NCBI GenBank assembly: GCA_965153455.1
Contig: OZ234493.1
Coordinates: 29,378,213 to 29,442,212 of the forward strand
Direction: 5' to 3'
Origin: Sphagnum compactum
Taxonomy: Eukaryota
Length of the DNA: 64,000 nt
Every line of letters starts with the position of its first letter. Position 1 is the stretch's first letter. The notes under the pieces were generated by a model that made no database searches, was not told where the DNA came from, and saw nothing but the letters and a program-made list of their open reading frames with translations. A program made the translations under genes and the position numbers. Shown here one piece after another: positions 45,661-60,300 of this stretch.

Positions 45661-48600
45661 AAAATGTTATAAAAAGGTCCATTTGTGGTTGAGTCCTTTG
45701 TCATTGTTCGCTCATTTGATCATGATTGCACCCAATGATTCAATTTAGATTTCATAACATCCAAATTGGTGATCAAGCACAACTTGCCATGATTAACACG
45801 CCATTAAAGTGGCACCACATAAACATATGTAAAAACAAATTGCAAAAGTTTGACATTTTGACATAATTTTGGCTCATTTGAACTCATTCCAACCTTAGTA
45901 TACAAAAACATGAAAAAATAAACATTGGATACACTTTTTTGTGACTTGTTATTTTGTGAATGTGCCCTTAATTCCTCTAACAATGAATTCATCTTGATGC
46001 CATTAATAGGGGAAGTCACTAGTTTTTTGGGTGGTATTTGTTGTTGCCAAATTCCAAGGTTTTATTGAACACAAATGAAATGGAAGAGGGTGTTTGTCAA
46101 CTGGTAGATCCAAATAAAAACTCATGACATTGGATACAATGTGAACAATATCAACATTATTCAAGACCTTGATCAATTTTATTTTGAATCAATTTGAAAA
46201 GTTGGTCTCTTGTGGTGTGTATGATTAAGAGGCATATCGGATCTAATTGATGCTTACATTCTATCTAGGAAACCATCAAAGTTGAGACCTAATCAATAAC
46301 ACTTTTAAAACTTCATTTGTATTTGGAACATGACAACATTACCATGCATGATGCATTTATGTGGAATGGTTGAAGAATGTTGAACCTTGAAAGAAAATCA
46401 TTTGCTTCAACTAATGTAGTTAGTAATATTCTTGAACATGATGTACTTCATCTAGTCACAAGTGTTATAAGTCATGTAACTACTCAAAAGCTTGTCTCTA
46501 TATTTCTAGAGAAGTAAAATTCCAAGGCTAAGAAATTAATGCCAAGGTAATATTGCTACAACAATAATTTTAAAAAATTACAATTATACCCAAACAAAAT
46601 CCTAAAAACATAATGAAAATACAAACATTTTTTGTTAGATACAACAATGAACATTAGTTATGACAAACACAATAAGGCAAAGATTGAACCAAGTTGAAAA
46701 GTGTTAGAGATTTAGGTGTTATTAATGAAGAAGATTTTTAAAAACAAGTAAAATAAAACATGAAGTTGTGGCAGAAGTTTTCATCCGAACCAAATTTTAC
46801 TTGGTTTATTGTTCATTCACATGAGATTTCATATGTGAAAGCATGCAAATTATTTGGAAAACTAAATAATTAAAATAATAACTTGGAATGGATGATTGTA
46901 ATTTAGCTCGGTAGGATCAAATATCTTCATGAGCCACCTCCACTTGTGTTTCAAACCTATAATTAATAGCACATTGAGTAAATCTAATCCAATAATGAAG
47001 ATGCATTTTATTGTAAGCCTTGATAGCAATTTGATTTACATCTAAAGCTAACTCATGCCTCATAATCCTATACATGTTATGAACATTTGCTCATTCTTGT
47101 AGCAAGCCCGTCTCGTAATAAATAATCAAAACATTCATCTTCATACAAATAAAATAATCATGTTAATTTTATTGATGATGTGGTGCAATCACATCATGAT
47201 ATGAACATGGGTAGTTAGTTTCAATTTAATCAATAGACCATCATTAACAACAATAGTGTTGTTCATGGAATTGATATTCTTTGGGCCATTGAATCAAGTC
47301 TTATATGAAATGTTCTTCAAATTTGTGGATATTGATTAAGTTTTTGTTAATGAACCCAATAAAATTTGAAAAATTATGTATCTTGCTAATTAAGACAATT
47401 ATTACTCAATTAATATAGGCTAGCAAATCTCACTAACAATTCCATGATTGTGCATATCATGCAATGAAAAATGAATCATCACACAACATAAAAGTCATTG
47501 TTGCTAATATCTAAATAATTACAAGGGTCACTACATCATCAAGGTCCTCCATAAGTGTAAGTATTACATGATAAAGTAATAATGTTGCATATTAGATTAA
47601 TGCACATTTAAAACTTGAATTTTGGGAAAATCCAAAAACCTATTCCAAGTCTTTTATATTATGACATTCAATAACAAGATTAATTCCTTGATGCCCATTT
47701 ATTAATAATTGATCTTAATTGAAATTGCTGCAAGTACAAGACCATACATTTAGAATGTCCATAAATGACAAAATAATTGTATGAATGAAACATGAGTCTT
47801 GACACCTTGAACTAAAGTAAGCAAAACATTAACTTTTTAGCACATCGATGTAGACAAAAGCACATAGTTGTTGCTAGAAATGGCATCAACATTTCATTTC
47901 AATTTGAGGAGACTCTTTGGCATTTTGAAGATTTTAAGTTCACAATGGATTCATTCACCTTATTTTGGACACAATATTCTTATGCTATTTGTGTTTATTG
48001 CTTGCAATTCTCTTGGAGTAATCTAGTTCCTAACTATACATGTCCAAATAACATGTCATTTTTATCACTAGCATGTCATGTGCAAATGAAGACTCAAGTA
48101 GTAACAAGATAGCTTGGTGTTAACATGCTTAATATAATATTTATGTCCAAAATTTGTAGCATATTTATATAAAGGTCCAAAGGTTGTGCATGATGTAGTT
48201 TGCATGTTCTCTTTTAGACAATTATGTCTAGTCAATATAATATGCATAAGAGATTTAAATGCATGAAGCTATAAAAAAAGATCAAATTGAAAAAAACAGA
48301 AAATCACACCAATTTACATTGTATTATTATGATGCAAAGAAATTTGAAAACACATAGTATATTGAAAATAAGATGGCTTTCACTTACCTACAAGGACCCT
48401 TGCACATAGACACAAGTTTAGAGAAATTGTAGGGTCATGTCTATTTTCCTTAAATTCTTGTGATACCAAACTGAAAGTGAAGCAATGGTTGCAAATGATG
48501 AGGTTTGGGATAATGTCAAATGTAGATAAGTATTTCCAATTGGATCAAACAAGTCCTAAAGTCCTTAGAAAACCCTTGAATGTGGACAATTCCTACAGCC

Positions 48601-51003
48601 TCTTGACAAGTCATAACACTTCCCTTTGAACAATGATGACACCTTTGCAAACCTTGCAACCTCCCAATAGGTTGCAACATCACTCCTTTCACATTATGGT
48701 GGGACGCCCTTAGAAATTGAACAAATTAAGCTTCAAACATTATTAGCATTGAATTTAGGTGGATATTGGAATTTCTTCATAAACATTTTTCATTGTAAAA
48801 CACTCATTTCACATTTTTTCATGTATCCTTCAACTCACCAAAATTGTTTGTTTTGGTGCCAAGCTTCACAAACATTATCAAGCATTTTATGAAAATAAAA
48901 TAATTTGATAGTGTGTTTAGCGTTTAAATGGGGTTTGAAGTCCCGACAATTACTGAACCCTCATACAATCAAACAAGGTTATTTAAAATTCATGGAAAAG
49001 TGGACCCCACCCAACTACTATAATGGGGGGCTTTAAAAAAAATCCTTAACAATTCCTAGGGTTAAAAAATAATAATTATGAAGGTTAATTAATTTTAGTG
49101 AATTGAATTTCATTCAATCACTATTAGCACAAATCAAACCATAATTTTCTTCAGTCTTAATGCAATGCTAAATTTATAAAATTTACATAATAGAAACCCA
49201 CCTACCTCCATTTGTCTTTTTCCTTTTTCTTGTAAATCATTATACACTCCCATCTACCACCCAATCAATGAAGGACTTCATGATAGTGTTAGAAGGCCTA
49301 AGGTAACATTAATAAAATATTGTAGTAAATATAAGGGCAACTTAATCACATGTTTGTTGAATAATTAGTTAACTTTGAAGATTCCATTTTGAAAATAAAA
49401 TGTTATAGTATTTTTTCTAAAAACCATTTAAAAAATAATTTATTTTTCTTTGAGAAAAATATTTTTCGAAAATTTCTAAAAAAATAATATAATTTGTGTT
49501 GAAGCCACTAAGGTACTACAATATAAAAGATAACCAAGACATGATTAACATTCACAATTAGTAAGATGAAAACATCTTTCACATAGAGTCCACAAAAGAC
49601 TTAAAACACAATCATAGAGTTTTGATTCACACTAACATGATAAATGAAATAAACGAACTTTGTAAACTCTATTCCATTCACACCAAAAAAAAAAAAAAAA
49701 AAACACCCAAAATATGACTTTGCATTGCATTAGACATGTCATTTGGGAATACCATATCCTTAGGAATAAATATTTTCAATTTTCCTAGATTTGGTTTCAA
49801 GTTAAGATGGAATAAGGAGCTAAATTTGAAACCTTGATTTTAAAAGGATGACATATGCCCTTGCCATGTTCCCAAGAAATTTGATTGTTGTTTATTGTCA
49901 TTGTGTGCTTTTCAAATTTCTTGACTATTTTAAACATAAACTACATTTTTTCAAGTAGTAAAATACATAATGACAATATTGGACAATGACAAACATATTT
50001 TAGAAGGGAAAAAAGAAAAAGAATATTGTTCTTCAAATGAAACAACGACATTAATAGAAAAAGGAATGTTGAAGACAATTTAGGAAAAAATGAAGATGAG
50101 AAGTGAAAAAAATGTTGAAAAAAAAGCCAAAAGCATGAAAAAATACCTCACTTTTATTATGAAGTTCCAAACTAATTTCACTCTACAAGGGAGATTATTA
50201 GTGGAATTACTCAAATACTCAAGGGCAAGGATCATGACCAACTTGTATGTGCTTGTGTGCCTAATTCATCTATATAAGATGTAAAATGTTAGAGCATCCC
50301 AACCAATGCACTATATGCAAGGTTTTGGATGAAAAATAGTAAATATTATATAAATTTGGGACAATAGAATGATTTTGGGTCAACATTTGTGCATATGATG
50401 ATGTGACTAAGAGAGAAAAAAACCGTTGTATGATCTAACGCTTGCTATTGATTGGCCAAATTAATTAATTGGTCCAAGTGCTTTGCTATTAGTGGTCTCC
50501 AACCTTTTACAAACCTAGTTTCATGTTTATGGATTAAGTGTAGGACCAATAAACTAAACCATGTTGAATGTGAGATTTATTGTTGTAGGCTCAAATATTG
50601 GGTATGGTTGGAGCTGCTCTTATGCTGGATGACCTAACCAAGTACTCCACACCATACGAACATCAAGAGATCCAACTTTGATAGAAAGTCATGAACATTA
50701 GCTCTAATGTAACCGTAGGCTTGTCAAATGGTATGAGCAATAAGTTGTGATTTGGCACTAGTGAAACCTTCAACACTTGAGACATATCTTTCCATTATAC
50801 CCATTCATTTCAATATGATAAGAATATATGAACTATGAAACTTCAAATGTGTTTTGTACCCATTCTTTTGAATAAGAAGTGGACCTCTAAAAAAAATTCA
50901 TATACGCATTTTTATTAATATGGCATGGATGTCCAAAATCATTTCATATATGCATTCTTCTCAACACAACACGCACCTTAAAAGGCCAATTTCATCCCCA
51001 TTA

Positions 51004-51214
51004 TGGTGCATTCACACTTGATGTTAATTCAGTGTTAAATGAAAATCTAGGTGGCATCCTAGGTGGCATCTCATGTTAAAATGGGCAATAGCTTAATGTT
51101 AAGTGAATGTTAGCTTAACATAAAATGTTTATCGTAAGTAAGTCCTAAATGACTAGCATGGTGTTAGTGAACTCCACACTACTAAAGTCCCTAACAACAA
51201 GTGTGAATACACCT
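51004..51214. mobile_element. PIF/Harbinger MITE, ~211 bp
   Basis: TIR GGTGCATTCACACTTGATGTTA / TAACAACAAGTGTGAATACACC, with TTA on both flanks. Confidence 0.75.
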
Positions 51215-51252
51215 TTAGTAGCTTTTCTTTCTTGGCACAAGTTTGAGCCCCA

Positions 51253-51599
51253 AGCCCACTTTACACTAGGAGTCAAGGCCAATGTTCAACTCAAATCAAG
51301 CATTCCTATTGGTGCAAAAGTTGAAATCAGCCCTAAGGGCTTTACACTAGGAGTGAATGCTGAAATAGAAAAAATCTTTTCAATCTGCCCTAAAGTAACT
51401 GCTAAATGCTAAACTTTATGGCCTTGTATTGGCCCCAAGGCTGAAAAAAAAGGATACCATTGAGTTTGGGAAGCCAATTTGCAACCCTTTGGGCCAATGT
51501 TGTAGCATTTATAAGTAATTTGGGGCCAAACAACAACCCAAAAATGCTCAAAGTTGGCCCCAAGTTTTTTCACCCCTGACTTCTAGTGTAAAGTGAGCC
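51253..51599. mobile_element. Harbinger-like MITE, ~347 bp
   Basis: Left AGCCCACTTTACACTAGGAGTCA versus right TGACTTCTAGTGTAAAGTGAGCC followed by TAA. Confidence 0.65.
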
Positions 51600-52043
51600 T
51601 AAGAATTGTCTAAGTATGAAGTTTTATAATTCATTAAAATCAATTATTTGCCTATAAAATTTAGTCTACTTGTCAATCTTTTTTTTTAAAATTCAAAATT
51701 TTTACATAAAGGACCTAAACATGTGTTCAAGAATTGTTTTCCACAATTTTGGTTTTTATTGTTGGATTCTAATGAAAAGCTAATTTTAAAGTCGAGTTCT
51801 TGTGCCCATTTCACCAAAATGGTGTTAGTTTGGGTTTGGGTGACAACAACCTAAATATGAACCCCGGGGTTCTAACTACAAACCAAGGAACTTGCCAAAA
51901 CTCATAGAAACCCCAATTTTGTTTTCTTGGGTGTTGCTTATAAAACATAGCAAACACCTAGTGCTAAGACTAAAATCAAGGTTGTCAGGTCCCAATTTAA
52001 CATATCCTGGGTTAAATAATAGTGTAGGGTAAAACCCTTGATT

Positions 52044-52150
52044 GGGAGCATTCCCAAAATATGGGGCCTAGGATGAGGAAATAGTCAAGTTTGGCCCCAC
52101 ATTTGGGTATGATTACCTAGTCCTAGGCCCCTTATGTTGAGAATGTCCCC
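52044..52150. repeat. Short imperfect hairpin element
   Basis: GGGAGCATTCCCAAAATATGGGGCCTAGGA ... TCCTAGGCCCCTTATGTTGAGAATGTCCCC. Confidence 0.55.
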
Positions 52151-52740
52151 CCATCCCCATGAGAGCTTTGTCCATCATACAACACAAGGGCGAAAGGTTA
52201 TCATAGACCTAAACATATGTAGATCACGAGCTTTAGGGGTTCTTGCCATCTATTCCTTGCATGTCGTAGGGATCTTAAGTGCGTGAATAAGATTGCTCAC
52301 ACTCTTAAGGAGTAGATGTATAATATTACTTCCCTCCTTGAAATGTTTAAGGATGGATATTGTGTCAGATATTGTAGTTTCCAAATGCTCTAAGCAATCT
52401 CTCCCAATACTTTAGGAGTCTCTAAGAGACCTAACTTACGTAGCTGAAGGTACCGCCAGTGTAGGTGCTAGTTCAGAAGGGCCATTGGGAAGCATATTGT
52501 GACTCACAATGTTTTTTTTGGACAAATTTTTGTTGTTTTTGGACAAAACAATGGATTTTTTAGGGGGTTTTCCTAGTGGACAATTTGACCAAATTTTCTG
52601 ATTTTTGGGTAAAATTCACAAAAATATAGACGACCAGTATCACAAAATTGAAGAAAAAAGAAAACCCTGCAAAAAATATTTCTAGCAAAAAATAATAAGT
52701 GAGGAGGGTGTAGAAAAAAAAGGAGGGGGAGGAGGAGGGG

Positions 52741-53290
52741 GACATCCCCAGAGGTGGTGCTCAGTATGTGACCCTGCAAAAATATTTCTCACATCCAAGT
52801 TTAGTTAATTAATTTTTGCAAACCCACCCATAAAACTCAAGTTCATTTATTTAGCTTTTTTTGCAACCCCACCCATAAAACTGAAGTTCAGTTATTTAGC
52901 TTTTTTGCAACCCCACCCCTAAAACTGAAGTTTAGTTATTTACTCTTTTGCAACACCCCCCCCCCCCCCCCCACATAAAAACCGAGACTGCAAATAGATG
53001 GGAGACTAGTAATAATAGCACACCATCTGGACCAATCATTATGATCCGCCAATCAGATCTAGAGAGCACAGTAGTCAGTCGTCACATCATATTTATTACA
53101 CTCTTCTCTAGCACAGTTTGCTTGCGCCTTTTACCAGCCCCTCAGGCAAGGTGCGCAAACTATGCAGGAGCCAAAACCAAACCATTCTGCTGAGCCAAAC
53201 CAAACCGGCATTATGTTTTGACTTTTCTTCATCCAATTTCTTCATCCAGTGAGGGTGGGGTCAGGTACTGAACACCGCTGGGGATGCTGG
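52741..53290. mobile_element. Diverged, internally expanded copy of the 7708-8043 Harbinger MITE family (opposite orientation)
   Basis: Shares CTGGACCAATCATTATGAT, ATTTATTACACTCT, CCAAACCGGCAT and TCTTCATCCAAT with the reverse complement of 7708-8043; ends CATCCCCAG.../...CTGGGGATG; about 4 tandem copies of a ~43-bp internal unit. Confidence 0.8.
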
Positions 53291-53774
53291 AAGTAATTAA
53301 GAAATTAGTAAGTTATGGGGGATGAATGAATGAATGAATGAATGGAAGCATTGGTGCATTCATCCATTGGTGGTCACTGAGTGACACTTACACTGTGGGG
53401 TGGTGGGTTTGGAGGGAGTGAGTCATGTGTTTTGCTGCCTAAAACAAGGCGCTTTGTCTTTTGCTTGCAGCACTGCTTCCCAAGCCACTTTCTTTCTTTC
53501 TCTCTCTCTCTCTCTCTTTCTTCTCTCTTCCTCTGTGTGCACTGTTTTCTCTATTTTTCTCTTCTGTCTCTGCGTGTTGTGTCTGATGAGCTGCTTTCTT
53601 TCTCTTGTGCAAATGTCTTTCAACTTTGAGTCCAAAAGCAGCTGTTCATGTGTGTAGAACCAACCCACAAGAGAGCATTTAGTTCTGACCCAGGAGTTGC
53701 ATCCCCAGTTGGTACAGTAAGTCAGGGGGCTGGAGAGTTATAGGGGCTCGTTCATGTTGTGGATCTCTCTTCTT

Positions 53775-53807
<33 letters not shown>

Positions 53808-54493
53808 TTCGGCAACAACTCTTCTTAGTCTTTTTGGTTGAATATTTATCTTTCTTTGGGTTTTTGTGATCTAGTGTTTTGGCTCAGTCAAATCTACTCT
53901 CCCCAGGGTTCTCATAATTCATTGATTCATCGTTGGCTGCATTTTGGGATCAGTGCTGGCGCTTGTTTGTTTGTCTATCTGTTTTTTCTGTTTGTTGGGT
54001 TGTTTGGATCTCATTCTGAAACTGTATATTGGGTATTTGATTTTTTTTCCCTCTTGGAGATCCTCGACTAGCCGCGGCTTGTGTCCGAATGCAGCAGCTT
54101 GATCTTGGGCAAATGGAAAGGAAAAGTATGGAGAAACAGTACTACTACAGTGTACCTTTTCTTCTTGCTTTTGTCTTGGGTTCAATTGCAGGACCTCCTG
54201 GGGATCATAGCAATTACACCCTATTTCGTGCAGCGGGGCGGTAGATCTAGATCAAAGAGATCACTACTGTGGGAGGTTTTGGTAGAGCTCTGTTGGGTTC
54301 TTCAAAATTACAAGAAGCAGTAAAGAAAGTGGACGACCCAATGTCGAGAGGAGGAGCTACAAATCGGTTCTCGGTTAGGACAAGTTGAAGTTTTGTCGAA
54401 TGGCAGTCAACGATAGTCGAGTACTGAAAAAAAAGAAGAAGCAGCAGCAGGAGGAGGAGGAGGAAGAAGAGGGAAGAATATCAAGTGTGTGGA

Positions 54494-55189
54494 ATGGATC
54501 ATCATCCTGCATCTCTAGCATGTCCTGGGCCAGAGGATTTGGCTCCTTCATCTTTTATGGGACCAGTGCTGGCAAAGCACCATTCCAGTTGCATCAATTT
54601 CTCCTTAGAGACTGCCATCATCGTGATCATGGTGTTTGGAGTTGGCGCTTTGTTCTCATGTTGTTATCATTGGGGATTGCGCCTTCAACATAACCAGGCA
54701 CAGGCCAGCTCTAGTCCCACAGATCAATCACATCTTAGAGATCAAGACCCTCCCAGGAGCTGTACAGCTGCTGCAGCTCAAAAAGCGCAACAAATGAAAG
54801 AGGTACATACAGTGTCCTAAGTTCTTAGTTTTTGTTCAGTCATTGAGCTGGACTGCCTGCAATTCATCAGGTAATATAAATGTGGTTGGCTTCCTTTCCC
54901 ATCATCCGCAGGGCATGTCAATGGATCAGCTTAGCTTATACATTTGTTGAGCAATATTGAACTGGATTTAAGAAAAAGAACCAAGAACAAACCTCCTTGT
55001 GATATCCTTGACAGAAAGACTTGAGAAGTTTCTCACCAGCTGGGGATATGATATATATACCACTTATTGCAGGAAAGTACAATGCAAGTGTTGATGCCTG
55101 GAGATGATGTTCCAAAGTTTATTGCATGGACTGCACCTCACAGAATTCCTCCACCTCATGTTCTTCTCGACTCCAGTATGGTGGTTTGA
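54494..55189 (+). CDS. Small single-pass membrane protein, uncharacterised At5g65660-like plant family, 141 aa; exons 54494-54802 and 55073-55189
   Basis: TM segment ETAIIVIMVFGVGALFSCCYHW and C-terminal VLMPGDDVPKFIAW, which I recognise as the two conserved blocks of this family; in-frame GT-AG junction. Confidence 0.78.
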
Positions 55190-56982
55190 TGGTGATGGAT
55201 TACTGTCTCATGAGATCAGCTGGATCACCTTTTATGTGATCCATCAGCCAATCCTCCTCCTCCTCTTCCTCCTCACATGATGAGCATGCACAAATAGGCA
55301 AGACTTGAGGCTGACTTGCACAGTGTGCTATAAAGCCACTGAACAAGTTGTGTGTGCCAATTGGGATTCTGTTGTCTGCAGGTATGGTTGAATTCCCGTA
55401 CTTGATCTCAGACATCCATGACCAATCATGATGATCAAGAGCTTATGGCACCAGCTCACAAACAGATTCTCAACCTCATGTCCATGAGGTTGTGAACTAG
55501 TCTGCAATCTTAGGCTGCCAAGCTTGTTGTTGGAAGGGTGCCAAGTTTCCATTTATAGATCATAGACATCATGAACGGGATCAATTTCTTTTTCTTGTGA
55601 GCACACAATAAAACCAGAATTTTGTCATGATGTTTCCAGCAGAGATTATTTGTACAGCTTCTGGCACCTTACGTGTTCTCCTGACAGCAAATCAATGGTG
55701 GGAAAATGAGTTTGGTCATCTGTAATTCTCTTTTACTTTTGGCAGAGGCTTGCTTCTGGTCCTTTAGCAAGTAACTGTACCTTCTGACGACCGCTCATGT
55801 ATGTATCCCTCTGTGGCTGCCCTCTTTGTCTAGATTTTATGGGTTGCTGGTACAGTCTTCGTGTAGCCTCTTGCATACATTTGCCTTTTCTTTTTAGCCA
55901 TGTATCAATTTGTAGTAGTACCTCTTGCAAGCCAAATTGCTAACCAAATGGGTGTACCTCGGATCATTGTGTACTGGGCTCACCTACAGGCTTACCTGAT
56001 GCAATGGTCAGGGGCTAGCTCAAGCTCTAATACAGACACAAAGAGTGGAGTTTATTGGAATAATTCTCCACTCCTTCTTTGTTGTACGTAGTAGAGTGGA
56101 GAATTCCAATAACACTAATACATACACAAAGAGTGGTGAGTCATGGCAACATCAGATTATGTGCAGTTTGTGTCTTCACCATTAATTAGTTGAACCTACA
56201 TTTTCTAACAACAATATCCCAGGCAAGTCTCCCTTCCTACTCTGGAGCATAAAAAATATTTGGCTTACGAAATCTGATGATGTTTTTAATTTCTAAAAAA
56301 TTCAAAAGAAGTACCCTAGAAAAAAATAATTCTAAAATAAAAATAAAAATGAAAACTATAGGAAAGAATCAGGTTGGGTATCTTGAAGTTATGAATCAAG
56401 TGGTACAAAACAGCATGACCTGTAGGGAGAAGGGGATGTAACCTCCAAGTGGAGAAGATGTACACTCCAAGTGTGTACACTATAGCAAAAAAATCTGCAG
56501 GTAGTTAGTATTGGTAAGTTGCTTACCTACCTACCATACTAAACAAGTGAAAACACAATTTCAAAGATCTCGTAATAGGGACAGTTTTTGAGCTTCCCTG
56601 AATTTCAGACACTCAAACTTGTGTGTGTGTGTGTGTTTTGTGTGTGTTGTGTATCTCTCTCTTTCATCTCTTGGGTGGGACTTGGATGGGATTCCCCCCC
56701 CCCCCCTTTCCCCCAATCAATCATGGAAAAGTGTAGGTGAATGGGTTGGCTCATGATAATCTTCTGAAGTGAATAATAGAATGTAACACACTCCAGAATT
56801 CAAGTCACAATTGTGGATGATTGATTTTTCCCTTGAATATTTATGGTTTTTGTGATCCGCATGTGTGTCCAAATTTTTTGTCACAAATGTGGGTAGAAGA
56901 AGATTGAGGACTTTTTTGCATGGGAGGAAGAGGAGCAAAAAAAACTGTCTTGATATGCGGAAACAACTCTTTTATTTTGCCA

Positions 56983-57240
56983 TGCAAAATGCCTGATTTG
57001 TAATCCATTTTGAAAGGAGGGGATAGACTTCATGCTCACTTGTGGTGATAATTGTCAAGCTTTTTACATGTTTAGCTTAAGATTTTTGATATTGGGTTGC
57101 ACATTTTGGTGTGCAAAATGCCTGATCTGTATTCCATTTTCAAAGGAATGGATCTTTGATGCTCACTGGCAGTGATAATGGTTCAAGCTTTTTATGTGTT
57201 CAGCTTAAGATTTGTGATATTGGGTTGCACATTTTGGTGT
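56983..57240. repeat. ~130-bp tandem duplication upstream of CFAP99
   Basis: TGCAAAATGCCTGAT...GATATTGGGTTGCACATTTTGGTGT twice. Confidence 0.85.
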
Positions 57241-57376
57241 ACATTTGCATCATGCAATCTCTTGAAAGTGGCTCTGGTGTTGTAGTAGTTTCAGTTGGCT
57301 GATCACTAGCAGTTGGTGATCAGAGAGAAGATGTGCTGAGGGTGGGGGGGGCAGCAAAAGAGAGGAAATCATCATA

Positions 57377-60300
57377 ATGGGGAGGAAGGGACATGCAGGT
57401 TACTCGATATGCTCACATCATTTGGTAAAAGACACAGGAGAGAAAGGAAGGTATGGACCTACCACAAGAATGAAGCACAGGAAGAGCAGCACACCAGCCA
57501 TGTGGAGGAAAAGTACCATCAAAGTCTCACCATGTGACATATGTGCCTCCAATGATGCAGCTGTTCGTGCTAAGCATTGGAGAGCCAAAGGTCGAAGCTT
57601 TTCACCTTGGGAGCTTCTGGAGGCTTGCAAAAAGGTGATTGGAAGCTATGATAGACGAGCCGCCCCTGGAGAAACCCCGGATGCTTATGCTGATGTATTT
57701 CTTCCTCTTTACAATGTGGTGCATCCTTATGACATCATTTTTGTGAAACAGGTACTACTACCATACGATGATCCATCCTTCCTCTCACTACAAGAGAATG
57801 TGGTTCTTCTCACACAAAAAGCATCAGCTCATGACATTTTTGTGAAGTAAACTTTGTGGTTTCATCCATTACAATGTAAAATACATGGTGATTATTGTGG
57901 CATATATTACATTGAAATGGCAATTTGACATTAGGTAATGGCACATATTACATTTGCGTGAGGGGCAAGTGCAAGCACCAAACAACATATAATGAATGCA
58001 AGTGCAAAGCACTAGACACACATGTAGTGAGTGCAAACGTGCAAGCACCCAACAATAAATATAATGAGTGCAAGTGCCACAAGCTCTTGACAAAAAAATT
58101 AGGGTTTCTTTATCTTGTAGTTTGGGCATGGGGAACAGGTGTTGTTTGGGTACTGTAGGTATCGGAGGCTTGTAGATTTAGTAGTGAAGAGGATGTATAG
58201 TGTAAAGAGCCATGTTGTAAGCCCGGAAGACATGCTCCTTTACAAAGTATTGGCTTACTTGGCCATTATCCGGCTCGATGAACTTGGTTGGTGTGAATTC
58301 AAGTAAAATTTTCTGTTCCAAAATAATGCTGGTTCAAGTTCTAAAAACTTTTCAGTTAATGGGTAGTTTTGCAAAGACTCATCAACTTAGGAAAACTTAC
58401 ACAATGAATGAATGGGTGCTAATAAGTATAGTCACAAACACAGACATCTTTATGCTTGACAGACGACTATGCGGGAGCCAATCACCCAATACGATATTGC
58501 CATTCATTCAAGCAATGTTCCTTGAAGAACTGACTCTCCAATACGCCAAGGAAGATTGGCTGCTCATTTATGACAGTGAGGTAAATGCAGAGTCTATATA
58601 TTCTATTACTCCGAGCATTGTTTCTTCAATTGTGGATTGATGCGCATGGATGCCAACATTGTGTTGATGATGCAATCTTAGTGCATATATATCTCCTTAT
58701 TAAGCTACTTACATATTTTTATTTTTCATGGTGACTGGCTTGTGCCACTACACAAACTCCAAGTGTGTGAGTTTATTATTCTCTTTGTTTGTGCTGCCTG
58801 GCATGAACTTATACATATATAATTTTTCTCTTCTCCTTGATCTGTGGGGAATTCAGTTTGTCAATGATCTCTTGAGAGGCCTTGCTCTTTTTGCCCCAGA
58901 TGCTGGACCATATGCTGAAAGGTAGGCTATGTTTGAAGCTCAACCTTTTCTTACTTAATCTTGGAATTTAGAATGATGATGTACCTAAGTAATTTGAAAA
59001 TCCCGTTTGGATTGGGATGCCCAATTGACTGGTGGAACAAAGTATGAGATCAGCCACAAACAAACAGAACCCTGTAGTACATAGTAGTGCTGCAAACATC
59101 ATGTCTCACCAAATAGTTTTGCCACAATTCACTTGTCTAATCCCTAGGCATGTCAATTTTATTTGCAGCTCAAAGTGGTATGATCTGTTTCCTACTAACC
59201 CATTCTTATGCCATTTCAGTTTAGGTCATAAGGCAGTGGACCTGACGGTAGACTGAAATTATGCCCATTGGAATGTTGAATCACTTACTATCACCATTGG
59301 AATGCAGATTGGCAGAAATTGTGTATGCACCAGACGCAACATCAAGATACATTCCACCACCCACAACTGTCATACCTTTCAATTTGTCAGTCAGCAATTA
59401 CACTCATCCCACTCAAGAGGAGCCAGAACCAGTTAAGTGGTCTGGGACTAAAATTTGCTCCACTACTAAAATGCGGCAATGTTGAGTATTTGTTCTATGG
59501 AAATTATTGTTCAAGTGTGGATTTTGTGCATACCTACTAGGCTTGTGGTTTGCACACTACCTCAAGTTTGATGAGGTTTTGAATGTGATTGATTGTGTCA
59601 GTTTGTGTACAAAGCAAAGCCAGCTCCAGATTGGGACAGAGGACGTACACTTGAGGTGAAGCGCATTTCAGCTGTCTTCAAGCTGAACCGAAAGTTACTG
59701 AAGGAGAAATATTCAGACCCTAGGTATCAACCCTTTCGTCTTTGGACTTTGGAACGACCAACAAACTTGGAAACCATCCGAGAAGAGGTTGTTTCACATC
59801 CTATTGACTTTGATGACGATGGAAATCTGCTGTGAAATTTATGATTTTTGACCAATAATATGGTGCACTAGAACTTATTTTGCACTATGTTTTGATGATT
59901 TAGAATGATTGAAATCAAATTTATCATCATCATCATCATCATCATCACCATGTCCAAAGATTTTGTCAAGTAGTTTCTTCAAAAGCATTGAATGTGCTAG
60001 TTTTTGATGGAAGTAAAATTGGTGATCGAGTATTTTGGGTGGTGACAGGTTGAGGCCAAACTTGCAGCAGAGAATGAGTATATTGTAACCAAGCGTTTGC
60101 CACCCCTAAAAGTGCCTGATATTGAGGTAATTTATTATAAATCCTGGTGCAGTTGGGTTGTAGTCCAGTGTGCCCACCTGAGCATCCAATACAATTTTGA
60201 TCCCCGATGTACAGGTTCAGGTATCAAAAGCCATTAAATTAACAAACAGCGCATGCTACTTAATCCCTCTTAAACAATCTGTGTATATGGGATAGGCAAA

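Noticed and set aside
46000..50900. Helitron or KDZ-type transposase remnant
   Set aside because: I could not read any diagnostic motif, so no family call is supportable.
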